From NCBI GenBank assembly GCA_902602415.1, contig CACKQW010000001.1:22342-86341 (forward strand): a DNA stretch of 64,000 nucleotides, given 5' to 3'. A program made the translations under genes and the position numbers. A model generated the notes under the pieces. The model did not search any database. It saw only the letters and a program-made list of their open reading frames with translations, and was not told where the DNA came from. Positions 40,233 to 49,694 of the stretch are shown one piece after another. Origin of the DNA: an uncultured Bacteroidota bacterium (GTDB lineage Bacteria > Bacteroidota > Bacteroidia > Flavobacteriales > Flavobacteriaceae). Every line of letters starts with the position of its first letter. The stretch's first letter is position 1.

Positions 40233-41678
40233 ATGGGATCTCATTATGAAGCACCGATTAGAAGACCACTTGTGGCAGGAGAAAAATCCTACCACGATGT
40301 GACTGTAGATATTGCTAGACCAATTGAGACAAGAGCAAATAAGCAATGGTGGATTGTTTTTTCTATTTCCCTTTTTATGTTTTTGTGGGGATTAGGGTGT
40401 ATTGTTTACACTGTTTCAACTGGAATTGGAGTATGGGGACTAAATAAAACCGTTGGATGGGCTTGGGATATTACAAATTTCGTTTGGTGGGTGGGTATTG
40501 GTCATGCTGGAACACTTATTTCTGCAGTTCTTTTACTTTTCAGGCAGAAATGGAGAATGGCAATTAATCGATCAGCTGAGGCTATGACAATTTTTTCTGT
40601 TATACAGGCTGGTCTTTTTCCAATAATACACATGGGTAGACCCTGGCTTGCATATTGGATGCTTCCAATCCCAAATGGTTTTGGTTCATTGTGGGTTAAT
40701 TTTAATTCACCCCTTTTATGGGATGTTTTTGCTATATCAACTTACTTATCGGTTTCGTTGGTTTTTTGGTGGACAGGATTATTGCCTGATTTTGCTATGA
40801 TCAGAGATAGGGCTATCAAGCCATTTCAAAAAAGAATTTATAGTATTTTGAGTTTTGGATGGACAGGTAGAGCTAAAGATTGGCAAAGATTTGAAGAAGT
40901 TTCTCTTGTTCTTGCCGGCTTGGCAACTCCATTGGTTCTTTCGGTTCACACAATTGTCTCTTTTGACTTTGCAACATCTGTTATTCCTGGGTGGCATACA
41001 ACAATTTTTCCTCCTTATTTTGTTGCCGGTGCAATTTTTTCTGGTTTTGCAATGGTACAAACTTTACTTATTATTATGAGAAAGGTTTGTAATATGGAGC
41101 AATACATAACCCTACAACATATTGAGTTGATGAATATCGTAATTATGATCACTGGATCTATTGTTGGAGTAGCATACATAACAGAATTATTCATTGCTTG
41201 GTATTCAGGAGTTGAGTATGAACAATACGCATTTCTTAATAGAGCTACCGGTCCATATGCTTGGGCATATTGGGCAATGATGAGTTGTAATGTTTTTTCT
41301 CCGCAATTTATGTGGTTTAAAAGATTAAGAACTAGTATAATGTTTTCTTTTTTCATTTCCATTGTAGTGAATATTGGAATGTGGTTTGAAAGGTTTGTAA
41401 TCATTGTAACTTCATTGCACCGAGATTATTTACCTTCCTCTTGGACAATGTTTTCTCCAACCTTTATTGATATAAGTATATTTATTGGTACAATCGGATT
41501 TTTCTTTGTTTTATTCCTTTTGTATGCGAGAACATTTCCTGTTATTGCTCAAGCTGAAGTAAAAACTATCTTGAAGAGTTCAGGCGAAAAATATAAAAAA
41601 TTAAGAGATTCTGGGAAATCTTTGGTTGGAACTGGTGCCGATAAAAGAACTTCAAAAATTAAAATAACTAAAATTTAA
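40233..41678 (+). CDS. actC: alternative complex III subunit ActC (NrfD/PsrC-like quinol-interacting membrane subunit)
   Basis: 481 aa, polytopic, NrfD-like. Positioned after actB. Confidence 0.88.
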   Translation: MGSHYEAPIRRPLVAGEKSYHDVTVDIARPIETRANKQWWIVFSISLFMFLWGLGCIVYTVSTGIGVWGLNKTVGWAWDITNFVWWVGIGHAGTLISAVLLLFRQKWRMAINRSAEAMTIFSVIQAGLFPIIHMGRPWLAYWMLPIPNGFGSLWVNFNSPLLWDVFAISTYLSVSLVFWWTGLLPDFAMIRDRAIKPFQKRIYSILSFGWTGRAKDWQRFEEVSLVLAGLATPLVLSVHTIVSFDFATSVIPGWHTTIFPPYFVAGAIFSGFAMVQTLLIIMRKVCNMEQYITLQHIELMNIVIMITGSIVGVAYITELFIAWYSGVEYEQYAFLNRATGPYAWAYWAMMSCNVFSPQFMWFKRLRTSIMFSFFISIVVNIGMWFERFVIIVTSLHRDYLPSSWTMFSPTFIDISIFIGTIGFFFVLFLLYARTFPVIAQAEVKTILKSSGEKYKKLRDSGKSLVGTGADKRTSKIKITKI

Positions 41679-41679
41679 T

Positions 41680-42204
41680 ATGGGATCTAAAAATACATAT
41701 TATGCTCTATACAATGATGATGACGTTTTACTCTCTGCTGTAAAGAAAATCAGAGAAAGTAAAATTGATATCGAAGAGGTTTATACACCTTTTCCAGTAC
41801 ACGGTTTAGATAAAGTAATGGGTTTAAAACCAACTCGTATTGCCATTGCAGCTTTTTTGTATGGGTGTATAGGTATTACAGTTGCCACTTTGATGATGTA
41901 CTATATAATGATAGTTGACTGGCCGCAAAATATTGGAGGTAAACCAAGTTTTAGTTATTTAGAAAATATGCCTGCATTCGTTCCTATCATGTTTGAAATG
42001 ACTGTGTTTCATGCAGCTCATTTAATGGTTATAACTTTCTATTTAAGAAGTAGAATGTGGCCATTAAAAAAAGCTGAGAATCCTGACCCAAGGACTACCG
42101 ATGACCACTTTTTGATTGAACTTAGCAGCGATAAAACGGAAGTATCATTAAAAAAGTTTTTAAAGCAAACAGGTGCTGTAGAAATAAATAAACCCAATAA
42201 ATAA
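41680..42204 (+). CDS. actD: alternative complex III subunit ActD (DUF3341)
   Basis: 174 aa. Soluble N-terminal part plus two TM helices. Conserved operon position. Confidence 0.8.
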   Translation: MGSKNTYYALYNDDDVLLSAVKKIRESKIDIEEVYTPFPVHGLDKVMGLKPTRIAIAAFLYGCIGITVATLMMYYIMIVDWPQNIGGKPSFSYLENMPAFVPIMFEMTVFHAAHLMVITFYLRSRMWPLKKAENPDPRTTDDHFLIELSSDKTEVSLKKFLKQTGAVEINKPNK

Positions 42205-42205
42205 G

Positions 42206-42754
42206 ATGAAGTATACAAGCCTATTCATATTATTCATTTTGCTACAATCTTGTTGGGGAGAAAAGGGTGAGCCAAATTACGAATATATGCCAAACATGTA
42301 TGAGCCTCTTAGTTATGAGGCTTATTCAGAAAATTTTATTTACGAGGATAATCTTTCTGCAAGGGTGCCTGTTGAAGGCACAATTCCCAGAGGATATTCT
42401 TTGTATGAGTATGAAGACACAAATGAAGGTTATGATTTGGCAAAAAAAGAACTATCTAACCCATTTTCATTTATTCAAAAAGATCTTTTGAAAGCTAAAG
42501 AATTATATACCGTACATTGTGGTATATGTCACGGAGCTAAAGGTGCAGGGCAGGGAATTTTAGTAAAAAGAGAAAAAATCTTAGGTGTTCCCAGTTATGC
42601 AGACCCAGGAAGAGCCATCACATCGGGCAGTACCTATCACGTAATATATTATGGCAAAAATTCTATGGGATCTTATGCTAATCAGCTTAACGAAAAAGAA
42701 AGATGGTTGGTTACAGATTATGTTATGAAATTAAAGTCAGATTTAAGTAAATAA
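42206..42754 (+). CDS. actE: alternative complex III subunit ActE, monohaem cytochrome c (probable lipoprotein)
   Basis: 182 aa. Signal peptide ending LLQSC. Single CGICH motif. Confidence 0.85.
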   Translation: MKYTSLFILFILLQSCWGEKGEPNYEYMPNMYEPLSYEAYSENFIYEDNLSARVPVEGTIPRGYSLYEYEDTNEGYDLAKKELSNPFSFIQKDLLKAKELYTVHCGICHGAKGAGQGILVKREKILGVPSYADPGRAITSGSTYHVIYYGKNSMGSYANQLNEKERWLVTDYVMKLKSDLSK

Positions 42755-42761
42755 ATTTAAA

Positions 42762-44117
42762 ATGTATACTTTTTCAAATAGATTAAAAATATTTTCAATT
42801 GTTCTGATTATTATTGGATCCCTTGGATGGTTTTATTCATATTCGGTTTCACATATCACACTTGAGGAAGTTAAAACAATGCTTGCTTCTGAATCTCATC
42901 ATGGACATTCTCACTCTATAATTGATAAGGAAAATGAAGTGCACCATAATGAGTATGTTGATGAGCACAACACTAAAAATCATGATTCTGCGTATTCAAA
43001 AGATGATCATGGTCATGAAAAAGATCATGCAGAGCATGTGTTACACCAAATACATAATAGACCCTATGCAGCATTGTATGTAGCAGCTTTCTTTTTCATG
43101 ATGATATCCTTGGGAGTTTTGGCATTCTATGCAATTCAATATGCTTCGCAAGCAGGATGGTCTCCTGTTTTATTTAGGGTGATGGAATCTATAACATATT
43201 ACCTTCTTCCTGGTTCGTTAATTGTACTTTTAATTGCAGTCATAGGTGATAAACATATTTTTATATGGATGGATCCTGATGTTGTTGCTCATGATGAAAT
43301 CATTCAGGGAAAATCTGCTTGGCTAAATAAAAATTCATTTATCGTTAGGGGTTTAATTTACATTGCTGGTTGGTCTTTATATAGGTATTTTACAAGAAAG
43401 TTTTCAATTGCCCAGGATAAAGCGAGAGATAATAAGAATTTTAAAAGAAATTTTCAAATTTCTGCAGGATTCTTAGTGTTTTTCATTTACACTGAGTCTA
43501 TGATGTCATGGGACTGGATCATGAGTGTTGACCCTCATTGGTTTAGTACACTTTTTGGATGGTATGTTTTTGCAAGTATGGCAGTAAGTGGTATTACTGT
43601 TATTGCATTAATCACTATATATTTGAAATCAAAGAATTTATTAAATTTTGTCAATGATAGTCACTTACACGACCTTGCAAAATTTATGTTTGGTTTCAGT
43701 GTGTTTTGGGCATACTTATGGTTTTCTCAATTTATGTTAATATGGTATGCGAATATTCCTGAAGAAGTTACTTATTTTGTTACAAGGATTGAAATGTATC
43801 CGATTCCTTTTTTCACTATGTTTTCTCTGAATTTTATCTTTCCATTTTTGGTATTAATGAACAGTGATTACAAAAGAGTCCCAATATTTATAGTTATGGC
43901 AGGGATTGTAATTTTAATTGGACATTATATGGATGTTTACATGATGATTATGCCAGCAACAGTTGTTGATAGATATGGATTCGGAATTGCTGAAATTAGT
44001 TCGATATTAATATTTTTAGGCTTATTTTTGTTGTTTGTTTTTTATTCACTATCAAAGCATGAATTATTGGCAAAGGGAAATCCTATGATTAAAGAAAGTG
44101 AAAATTTTCATTATTAA
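42762..44117 (+). CDS. actF: alternative complex III subunit ActF (second NrfD-like membrane subunit)
   Basis: 451 aa, polytopic. Operon position after actE. Carries a His-rich loop after TM1. Confidence 0.8.
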   Translation: MYTFSNRLKIFSIVLIIIGSLGWFYSYSVSHITLEEVKTMLASESHHGHSHSIIDKENEVHHNEYVDEHNTKNHDSAYSKDDHGHEKDHAEHVLHQIHNRPYAALYVAAFFFMMISLGVLAFYAIQYASQAGWSPVLFRVMESITYYLLPGSLIVLLIAVIGDKHIFIWMDPDVVAHDEIIQGKSAWLNKNSFIVRGLIYIAGWSLYRYFTRKFSIAQDKARDNKNFKRNFQISAGFLVFFIYTESMMSWDWIMSVDPHWFSTLFGWYVFASMAVSGITVIALITIYLKSKNLLNFVNDSHLHDLAKFMFGFSVFWAYLWFSQFMLIWYANIPEEVTYFVTRIEMYPIPFFTMFSLNFIFPFLVLMNSDYKRVPIFIVMAGIVILIGHYMDVYMMIMPATVVDRYGFGIAEISSILIFLGLFLLFVFYSLSKHELLAKGNPMIKESENFHY

Positions 44118-44132
44118 TACTTAAGAGAATTT

Positions 44133-45218
44133 ATGACATCTATTTTTGTAATATTGATTCTAATTTTTATATCTATCTCATTGTGGCAGATGATTAAAAT
44201 CTTTGATTTATCAAAAGCCATATCTGGAGTCAAAATTGATGATTCTCAAATAGCAAATGATAAAGATAACTCAACACAAGCAAAGTTAATGCTCGCATTT
44301 CTTGCTTTCATATATGCTATTACAATTTTCTCAATTGTAAAATATGGGAAGTTCCCTCTCATTTCTAATGCAGCCTCAGAACATGGAGATAAAATTGACA
44401 CTTTAATGATTTGGACGTTAGTATTGATATTTATTGTTCAAATCATCACACAGTTTCTGCTATATTATTTTTCATTCAAATACAAGGGTAGGAAAGATTC
44501 AAAGGCCTTATTTTACACTGATAATCATAAATTAGAATTGATGTGGACAATCATTCCAGCTATTGTTTTAACAGGCTTTATTACCTATGGTTTATTAACC
44601 TGGTCTGATGTCATGAACTTACAGAAGGAAAATGATCCTATGGTGGTAGAATTATATGCACAACAATTTAATTGGAAGGCAAGATATGCAGGTGATGATA
44701 ATGTTTTAGGGAAATCTAATGTTAGATTAATAGATATTGATAGAGCTAATATTCTGGGCTTAGATGAAAATGACCCCAATGCACAAGACGATGTGATAAC
44801 TACTGAATTACATTTGCCAGTAAACAGACCAATTTTATTTGTTATGCGTTCCCAGGATGTTATTCATTCTGCTTACATGCCCCATTTTAGGGCTCAAATG
44901 AATTGTGTCCCTGGAATGGTAACTAAGTTTTCGTTTACACCAACAGTAACTACTAAAGAAATGAGGGAAAATCCTTCAATGATTGATAAAGTAATCAACA
45001 TAAATAATATTAGAGAAGAAAAGAGTAAAGAACTCGCCCGGAGTGGTGAGGAACCATTAGATCCATACCAATTTGACTATTTATTGTTATGTAACAAAAT
45101 TTGCGGTAAATCACATTACAATATGCAAATGAAGATTATTGTAGAAACAGAAGAAGAGTTTAGTAATTGGTATAAAAATCAAACTTTATTTAAAAACTCA
45201 TTAATCGCACAAAATTAA
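44133..45218 (+). CDS. ctaC: cytochrome c oxidase subunit II (CuA subunit, no fused cytochrome c)
   Basis: 361 aa. CuA ligands in HSAYMPHF ... CNKICGKSHYNM. No CxxCH motif anywhere in the protein. Confidence 0.9.
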   Translation: MTSIFVILILIFISISLWQMIKIFDLSKAISGVKIDDSQIANDKDNSTQAKLMLAFLAFIYAITIFSIVKYGKFPLISNAASEHGDKIDTLMIWTLVLIFIVQIITQFLLYYFSFKYKGRKDSKALFYTDNHKLELMWTIIPAIVLTGFITYGLLTWSDVMNLQKENDPMVVELYAQQFNWKARYAGDDNVLGKSNVRLIDIDRANILGLDENDPNAQDDVITTELHLPVNRPILFVMRSQDVIHSAYMPHFRAQMNCVPGMVTKFSFTPTVTTKEMRENPSMIDKVININNIREEKSKELARSGEEPLDPYQFDYLLLCNKICGKSHYNMQMKIIVETEEEFSNWYKNQTLFKNSLIAQN

Positions 45219-45222
45219 AAAA

Positions 45223-47007
45223 ATGGCAGAATATATAGAATTTGACAAAAATCATCACGATCATCACCATAAAGAGACATTTATAACAAAATATATCTTT
45301 AGCCAAGATCATAAGATGATTGCGAAACAATATTTATTTACAGGTGTTTTTTTCATGGGCATCATTGGAATACTCATGTCAATATTAATGAGAATGCAAA
45401 TTGCATGGCCTGAGCAACCAAATATTATTTTTGATTTTATTCTTGGTAAATGGGCTCCTGAAGGTGTAATGGATGCCGATATATATTTAGCACTCGTTAC
45501 TATGCATGGAACAATAATGGTATTCTTTGTATTAACGGCTGGGCTGAGTGGTACATTCAGTAATTTATTGATTCCTCTACAGCTTGGAGCAAGAGATATG
45601 GCATCGGGATTTTTAAATATGCTTGCTTATTGGTTGTTTTTTATATCTACAGTTTTGATGGTTAGCTCAATTTTTGTTGAGGCTGGGCCAGCTGCCGCCG
45701 GATGGACCATATATCCACCATTAAGTGCATTGGAATTAGCCCAACCTGGTTCTGGTTTAGGAATGACCCTTTGGTTGGTTTCTATGGCATTTTTTATTGC
45801 TTCTTCATTACTTGGATCATTAAATTATATAGTGACAGTTATCAATCTGAGAACGAAAGGAATGTCTTTGACAAGAATGCCATTAACAATATGGGCCTTT
45901 TTTGTAACAGCTATAATTGGAGTTATTTCATTTCCTGTTTTATTATCTGCGGCACTTCTTTTAATCATGGACAGAAGTTTTGGTACTTCTTTCTTTTTAT
46001 CCGATATTTTTATTCAAGGTGAGGTTTTGCATTACCAAGGCGGCTCTCCTGTTTTATTTGAGCATTTATTTTGGTTTTTAGGGCATCCTGAAGTTTATAT
46101 AGTTTTATTGCCTGCTCTTGGAATTGCCTCTGAGGTTATTGCAACCCATGCCCGAAAGCCTATATTTGGCTACAAAGCGATGATTATTTCTATTTTAGCA
46201 ATTGCTTTTTTATCCACAATTGTTTGGGGTCATCATATGTTTATCACTGGAATGAATCCGTTTTTGGGCTCAGTATTTACTTTTACAACACTTTTGATAG
46301 CAATCCCATCAGCTGTTAAGGCATTTAATTACATAACGACTTTGTGGAAAGGAAATATTCAGTTCAATCCGCCAATGTTATTTGCTATAGGATTTGTTTC
46401 CACATTTATTACTGGTGGTTTGACTGGAATAATATTAGGAGATAGTGCTTTAGATATAAATGTTCATGACACTTATTTTGTAGTGGCTCATTTCCATTTA
46501 GTCATGGGTATTTCGGCATTGTATGGAATGCTAGCTGGTATGTATCACTGGTTTCCTCTGATGTTTGGTAAAATGATGAATAAAAATTTAGGATACATTC
46601 ATTTTTGGGTTACTGCAATTTCTGCATATGGTGTCTTTTTTCCAATGCATTTTATAGGGATGGCAGGTTTGCCAAGAAGGTATTATTCAAACACCAATTT
46701 CCCTTTATTTGATGATCTTGCTGATACGAACCAAATTATCACCATGTTTGCTATACTTGGTGCATCTGTTCAGTTAGTATTTTTATATAATTTCATCTAT
46801 AGTATGTTTTATGGGAAAAAAGCTCCACAGAATCCATGGAAGTCTACTACTTTGGAGTGGACTGCTTCACAAAAACAGATTCATGGTAATTGGCAAGGAA
46901 AAATTCCCCAAGTCTTTAGATGGCCATATGACTACAGTAAGCCAGGATATAAAGAAGATTTTGTACCCCAACACATGCCTTTAAAAAAGGGTGAAGAAGA
47001 GTATTAG
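45223..47007 (+). CDS. ctaD: cytochrome c oxidase subunit I
   Basis: 594 aa. Haem-copper oxidase signatures WFLGHPEVY, WGHHMF, HFHLVM. His-rich N-terminus NHHDHHHK. Confidence 0.97.
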   Translation: MAEYIEFDKNHHDHHHKETFITKYIFSQDHKMIAKQYLFTGVFFMGIIGILMSILMRMQIAWPEQPNIIFDFILGKWAPEGVMDADIYLALVTMHGTIMVFFVLTAGLSGTFSNLLIPLQLGARDMASGFLNMLAYWLFFISTVLMVSSIFVEAGPAAAGWTIYPPLSALELAQPGSGLGMTLWLVSMAFFIASSLLGSLNYIVTVINLRTKGMSLTRMPLTIWAFFVTAIIGVISFPVLLSAALLLIMDRSFGTSFFLSDIFIQGEVLHYQGGSPVLFEHLFWFLGHPEVYIVLLPALGIASEVIATHARKPIFGYKAMIISILAIAFLSTIVWGHHMFITGMNPFLGSVFTFTTLLIAIPSAVKAFNYITTLWKGNIQFNPPMLFAIGFVSTFITGGLTGIILGDSALDINVHDTYFVVAHFHLVMGISALYGMLAGMYHWFPLMFGKMMNKNLGYIHFWVTAISAYGVFFPMHFIGMAGLPRRYYSNTNFPLFDDLADTNQIITMFAILGASVQLVFLYNFIYSMFYGKKAPQNPWKSTTLEWTASQKQIHGNWQGKIPQVFRWPYDYSKPGYKEDFVPQHMPLKKGEEEY

Positions 47008-47098
47008 GATTATAATTTTCTTTCTTTCAATCGATATTTTTATAACCTGGAAGAGAATTATTTTATTAAATTGTATAAAATATTGGAATCTTTAAAAG

Positions 47099-48121
47099 AT
47101 GAATGAAAATCTTAATCCCAGCTTTGAAAATTTATCCCCAAGTGAAAAAGAATTTGAAAATAATCTTCGTCCAAATTCATTTGCGGAGTTTCAGGGTCAA
47201 AGCCATGTGATTGAAAATTTAAAGATTTTTGTACAAGCTGCAAATGAAAGAAATGATGCACTTGATCACACACTTTTTCACGGACCACCTGGCTTAGGGA
47301 AAACAACCTTAGCAAATATTTTAGCCAAAGAACTAGACGCAGATATAAAGGTGACATCTGGACCGGTTTTGGATAAACCAGCTGACTTAGCTGGCTTACT
47401 TACTAATTTAAGTAAAAGAGATGTTTTATTTATTGATGAAATACACAGGCTAAGTCCTGTTGTAGAGGAATACTTGTACTCTGCTATGGAAGACTATAAA
47501 ATTGATATAATGATTGAATCTGGCCCTAATGCTAGATCTGTTGAGTTAAATCTTGAACCCTTTACATTAGTTGGTGCAACTACAAGATCTGGTTTATTGA
47601 CTGCTCCAATGAGAGCTCGTTTTGGCATTAATAGTAGGCTAAAATACTATGATGCTAAGTTATTATCTGTGATCATTCAAAGAAGTGCAAAGATATTAGA
47701 TGTAAAAATATCAATGGAAGCTGCAATTGAAATTGCAAGTAGAAGCAGAGGAACACCAAGAATAGCAAATTCGTTATTAAGAAGAGTGAGAGATTTTGCA
47801 CAAATCAAAGGGGATGGAAAAATTGAAATTAATATTACTAAGTCAAGTCTTGAGGCTTTAAATGTTGATGTAAGTGGCTTGGATGAAATGGATAATAAAA
47901 TTTTATCTACATTAATTGATAAGTTTTCTGGTGGCCCCGTTGGATTAACAACATTGTCAACAGCTGTTAGTGAAAACCCAGAAACAATTGAAGAAGTGTA
48001 TGAACCCTTTCTTATTCAACAAGGATTTATTATGAGAACTCCAAGAGGAAGGGAGGCTACAAACCTTGCATATAAGCATTTAAATAGGGAAAAAGATTCA
48101 CCTCAAAAAGGACTTTTCTAA
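47099..48121 (+). CDS. ruvB: Holliday junction branch migration ATPase RuvB
   Basis: 340 aa. Walker [12 protein letters not shown], Walker B FIDEIHRL, sensor [16 protein letters not shown]. Confidence 0.97.
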   Translation: MNENLNPSFENLSPSEKEFENNLRPNSFAEFQGQSHVIENLKIFVQAANERNDALDHTLFHGPPGLGKTTLANILAKELDADIKVTSGPVLDKPADLAGLLTNLSKRDVLFIDEIHRLSPVVEEYLYSAMEDYKIDIMIESGPNARSVELNLEPFTLVGATTRSGLLTAPMRARFGINSRLKYYDAKLLSVIIQRSAKILDVKISMEAAIEIASRSRGTPRIANSLLRRVRDFAQIKGDGKIEINITKSSLEALNVDVSGLDEMDNKILSTLIDKFSGGPVGLTTLSTAVSENPETIEEVYEPFLIQQGFIMRTPRGREATNLAYKHLNREKDSPQKGLF

Positions 48122-48127
48122 TTTTTT

Positions 48128-49060
48128 ATGACTACTACTGAAAAAGATAGAATTACTAATGCTATAAAGTCAGAATCTAATAGACTTGGTTTTATTTCAT
48201 GTGGAATTAGTAAAGCTGAGTTTTTAGAAGAGGAAGCTGAAAGATTAGAAAATTGGTTAAAGAGAGGTATGCATGGAAAGATGTCATATATGGAAAGAAA
48301 TTTTGACAAGAGGTTGGACCCAACTTTACTTGTTGAAGGAGCTAAAAGTGTAATATCACTTTCATATAATTATTATCCACAAACAACAATTGACAATAGT
48401 CATTTTAAAATTTCAAAGTATGCGTATGGTAAAGATTATCATTTTGTAATAAAAGAAAAACTTAAGAATTTGTTAGAATTTATTCGAGATGAAGTAGGTG
48501 ATATACACGGCAGAGTTTTTGTAGATTCTGCTCCAATTTTAGAAAGAGCTTGGGCCAAAAAAAGTGGATTGGGGTGGATTGGTAAAAACTCAAATTTAGT
48601 TTCTAAGAAAATCGGATCATATTTCTTTTTATGTGAAATAATTTTAGATTTAGAATTAACATATGATCATCAAGATTTTGATCATTGTGGAACATGTACT
48701 GCCTGTATTGATGCATGCCCTACTGAAGCTATTGAACAACCACATGTAGTAAATGGTAGTAAGTGCATTTCTTACCACACCATTGAGTTAAAAGAAAATA
48801 TTCCTAATGAATTCAAGGGTAAATTTGATGATTGGATTTTTGGATGTGATATTTGTCAAGATGTATGCCCATGGAATCGTTTTTCAAAATCACATAATGA
48901 ACCACTATTTAATCCAGATGATAATTTGAGATTGATGGATAAAAGTGATTGGCTTGAGATGACTAAGGAAACATTTGATAAGGTTTTTCAAAAATCCCCA
49001 TTAAAGAGAGCTGGTTTTCATGCAATTAAAAGAAATATTGAGTTCCTAAAAAAAGTATAA
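48128..49060 (+). CDS. queG: epoxyqueuosine reductase
   Basis: 310 aa. Two 4Fe-4S motifs [12 protein letters not shown] and [11 protein letters not shown]. QueG-like N-terminal domain. Confidence 0.9.
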   Translation: MTTTEKDRITNAIKSESNRLGFISCGISKAEFLEEEAERLENWLKRGMHGKMSYMERNFDKRLDPTLLVEGAKSVISLSYNYYPQTTIDNSHFKISKYAYGKDYHFVIKEKLKNLLEFIRDEVGDIHGRVFVDSAPILERAWAKKSGLGWIGKNSNLVSKKIGSYFFLCEIILDLELTYDHQDFDHCGTCTACIDACPTEAIEQPHVVNGSKCISYHTIELKENIPNEFKGKFDDWIFGCDICQDVCPWNRFSKSHNEPLFNPDDNLRLMDKSDWLEMTKETFDKVFQKSPLKRAGFHAIKRNIEFLKKV

Positions 49061-49104
49061 ATTCAATTTATTATATTAATTTGCCTGACAAAATTTACTA
49101 GATC

Positions 49105-49686
49105 ATGATTACTCATCTCAAAGGTAAGTTAGTAGAAAAATCACCAACTAATGTTGTGATTGAAGTTAATGGCATTGGTTACTGGGTAAATATTTCATTG
49201 ACAACATTCTCACAAATACCTGATAATGAGAATATAAAGTTATATACCCACCTTCAAGTTAAGGAAGATTCACACTCTCTTTATGGATTTTATTCCAAAA
49301 AAGAGAGAGAGATATTTAGATTACTCATTTCAGTGAGTGGTGTTGGTACAAGCACTGCAAGAACAATGTTATCTTCTTTGGATCCACAGCAAGTTGTAGA
49401 AGCAATATCCTCAAACAATGTTTCAATTGTTCAGTCCGTAAAAGGAATTGGAAGTAAAACAGCACAAAGGTTAATAATTGAATTGAGGGATAAAATTTTA
49501 AAAATTTATGATCTTGATGAGACTTATGTTAATTCTAACAATACTACGAGAGAAGAAGCGTTATCTGCATTAGAGGTTCTTGGAATAAATAAAAAATCAT
49601 CTGAAAGATTAGTTGACAACATCATCAAAGAAAATCAAGATATTTCAGTTGAGGAAATTATCAAAGAAACCTTGAAAAATATTTAA
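49105..49686 (+). CDS. ruvA: Holliday junction DNA helicase subunit RuvA
   Basis: 193 aa. OB fold N-terminus MITHLKGKL. HhH motifs SVSGVGTSTAR and VKGIGSKTAQR. Confidence 0.93.
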   Translation: MITHLKGKLVEKSPTNVVIEVNGIGYWVNISLTTFSQIPDNENIKLYTHLQVKEDSHSLYGFYSKKEREIFRLLISVSGVGTSTARTMLSSLDPQQVVEAISSNNVSIVQSVKGIGSKTAQRLIIELRDKILKIYDLDETYVNSNNTTREEALSALEVLGINKKSSERLVDNIIKENQDISVEEIIKETLKNI

Positions 49687-49694
49687 TCTAGATA

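Noticed and set aside
41015-41404. 129-aa antisense ORF inside actC, together with similar antisense or alternate-frame ORFs at 20445-20807, 14493-14810, 24303-24605, 45702-46022 and 40779-41060
   Set aside because: All lie fully inside strongly supported genes. They have low-complexity or odd composition, no promoter box and no recognisable family. They are most likely chance ORFs, although their length is notable for AT-rich DNA.
48373-48381. Perfect DnaA-box sequence TTATCCACA inside queG, and its complement TGTGGATAA at 61111-61119 inside the SCO-like ORF
   Set aside because: These are isolated single copies within coding sequence, 13 kb apart, with no AT-rich unwinding element or box cluster. 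They are consistent with chance.
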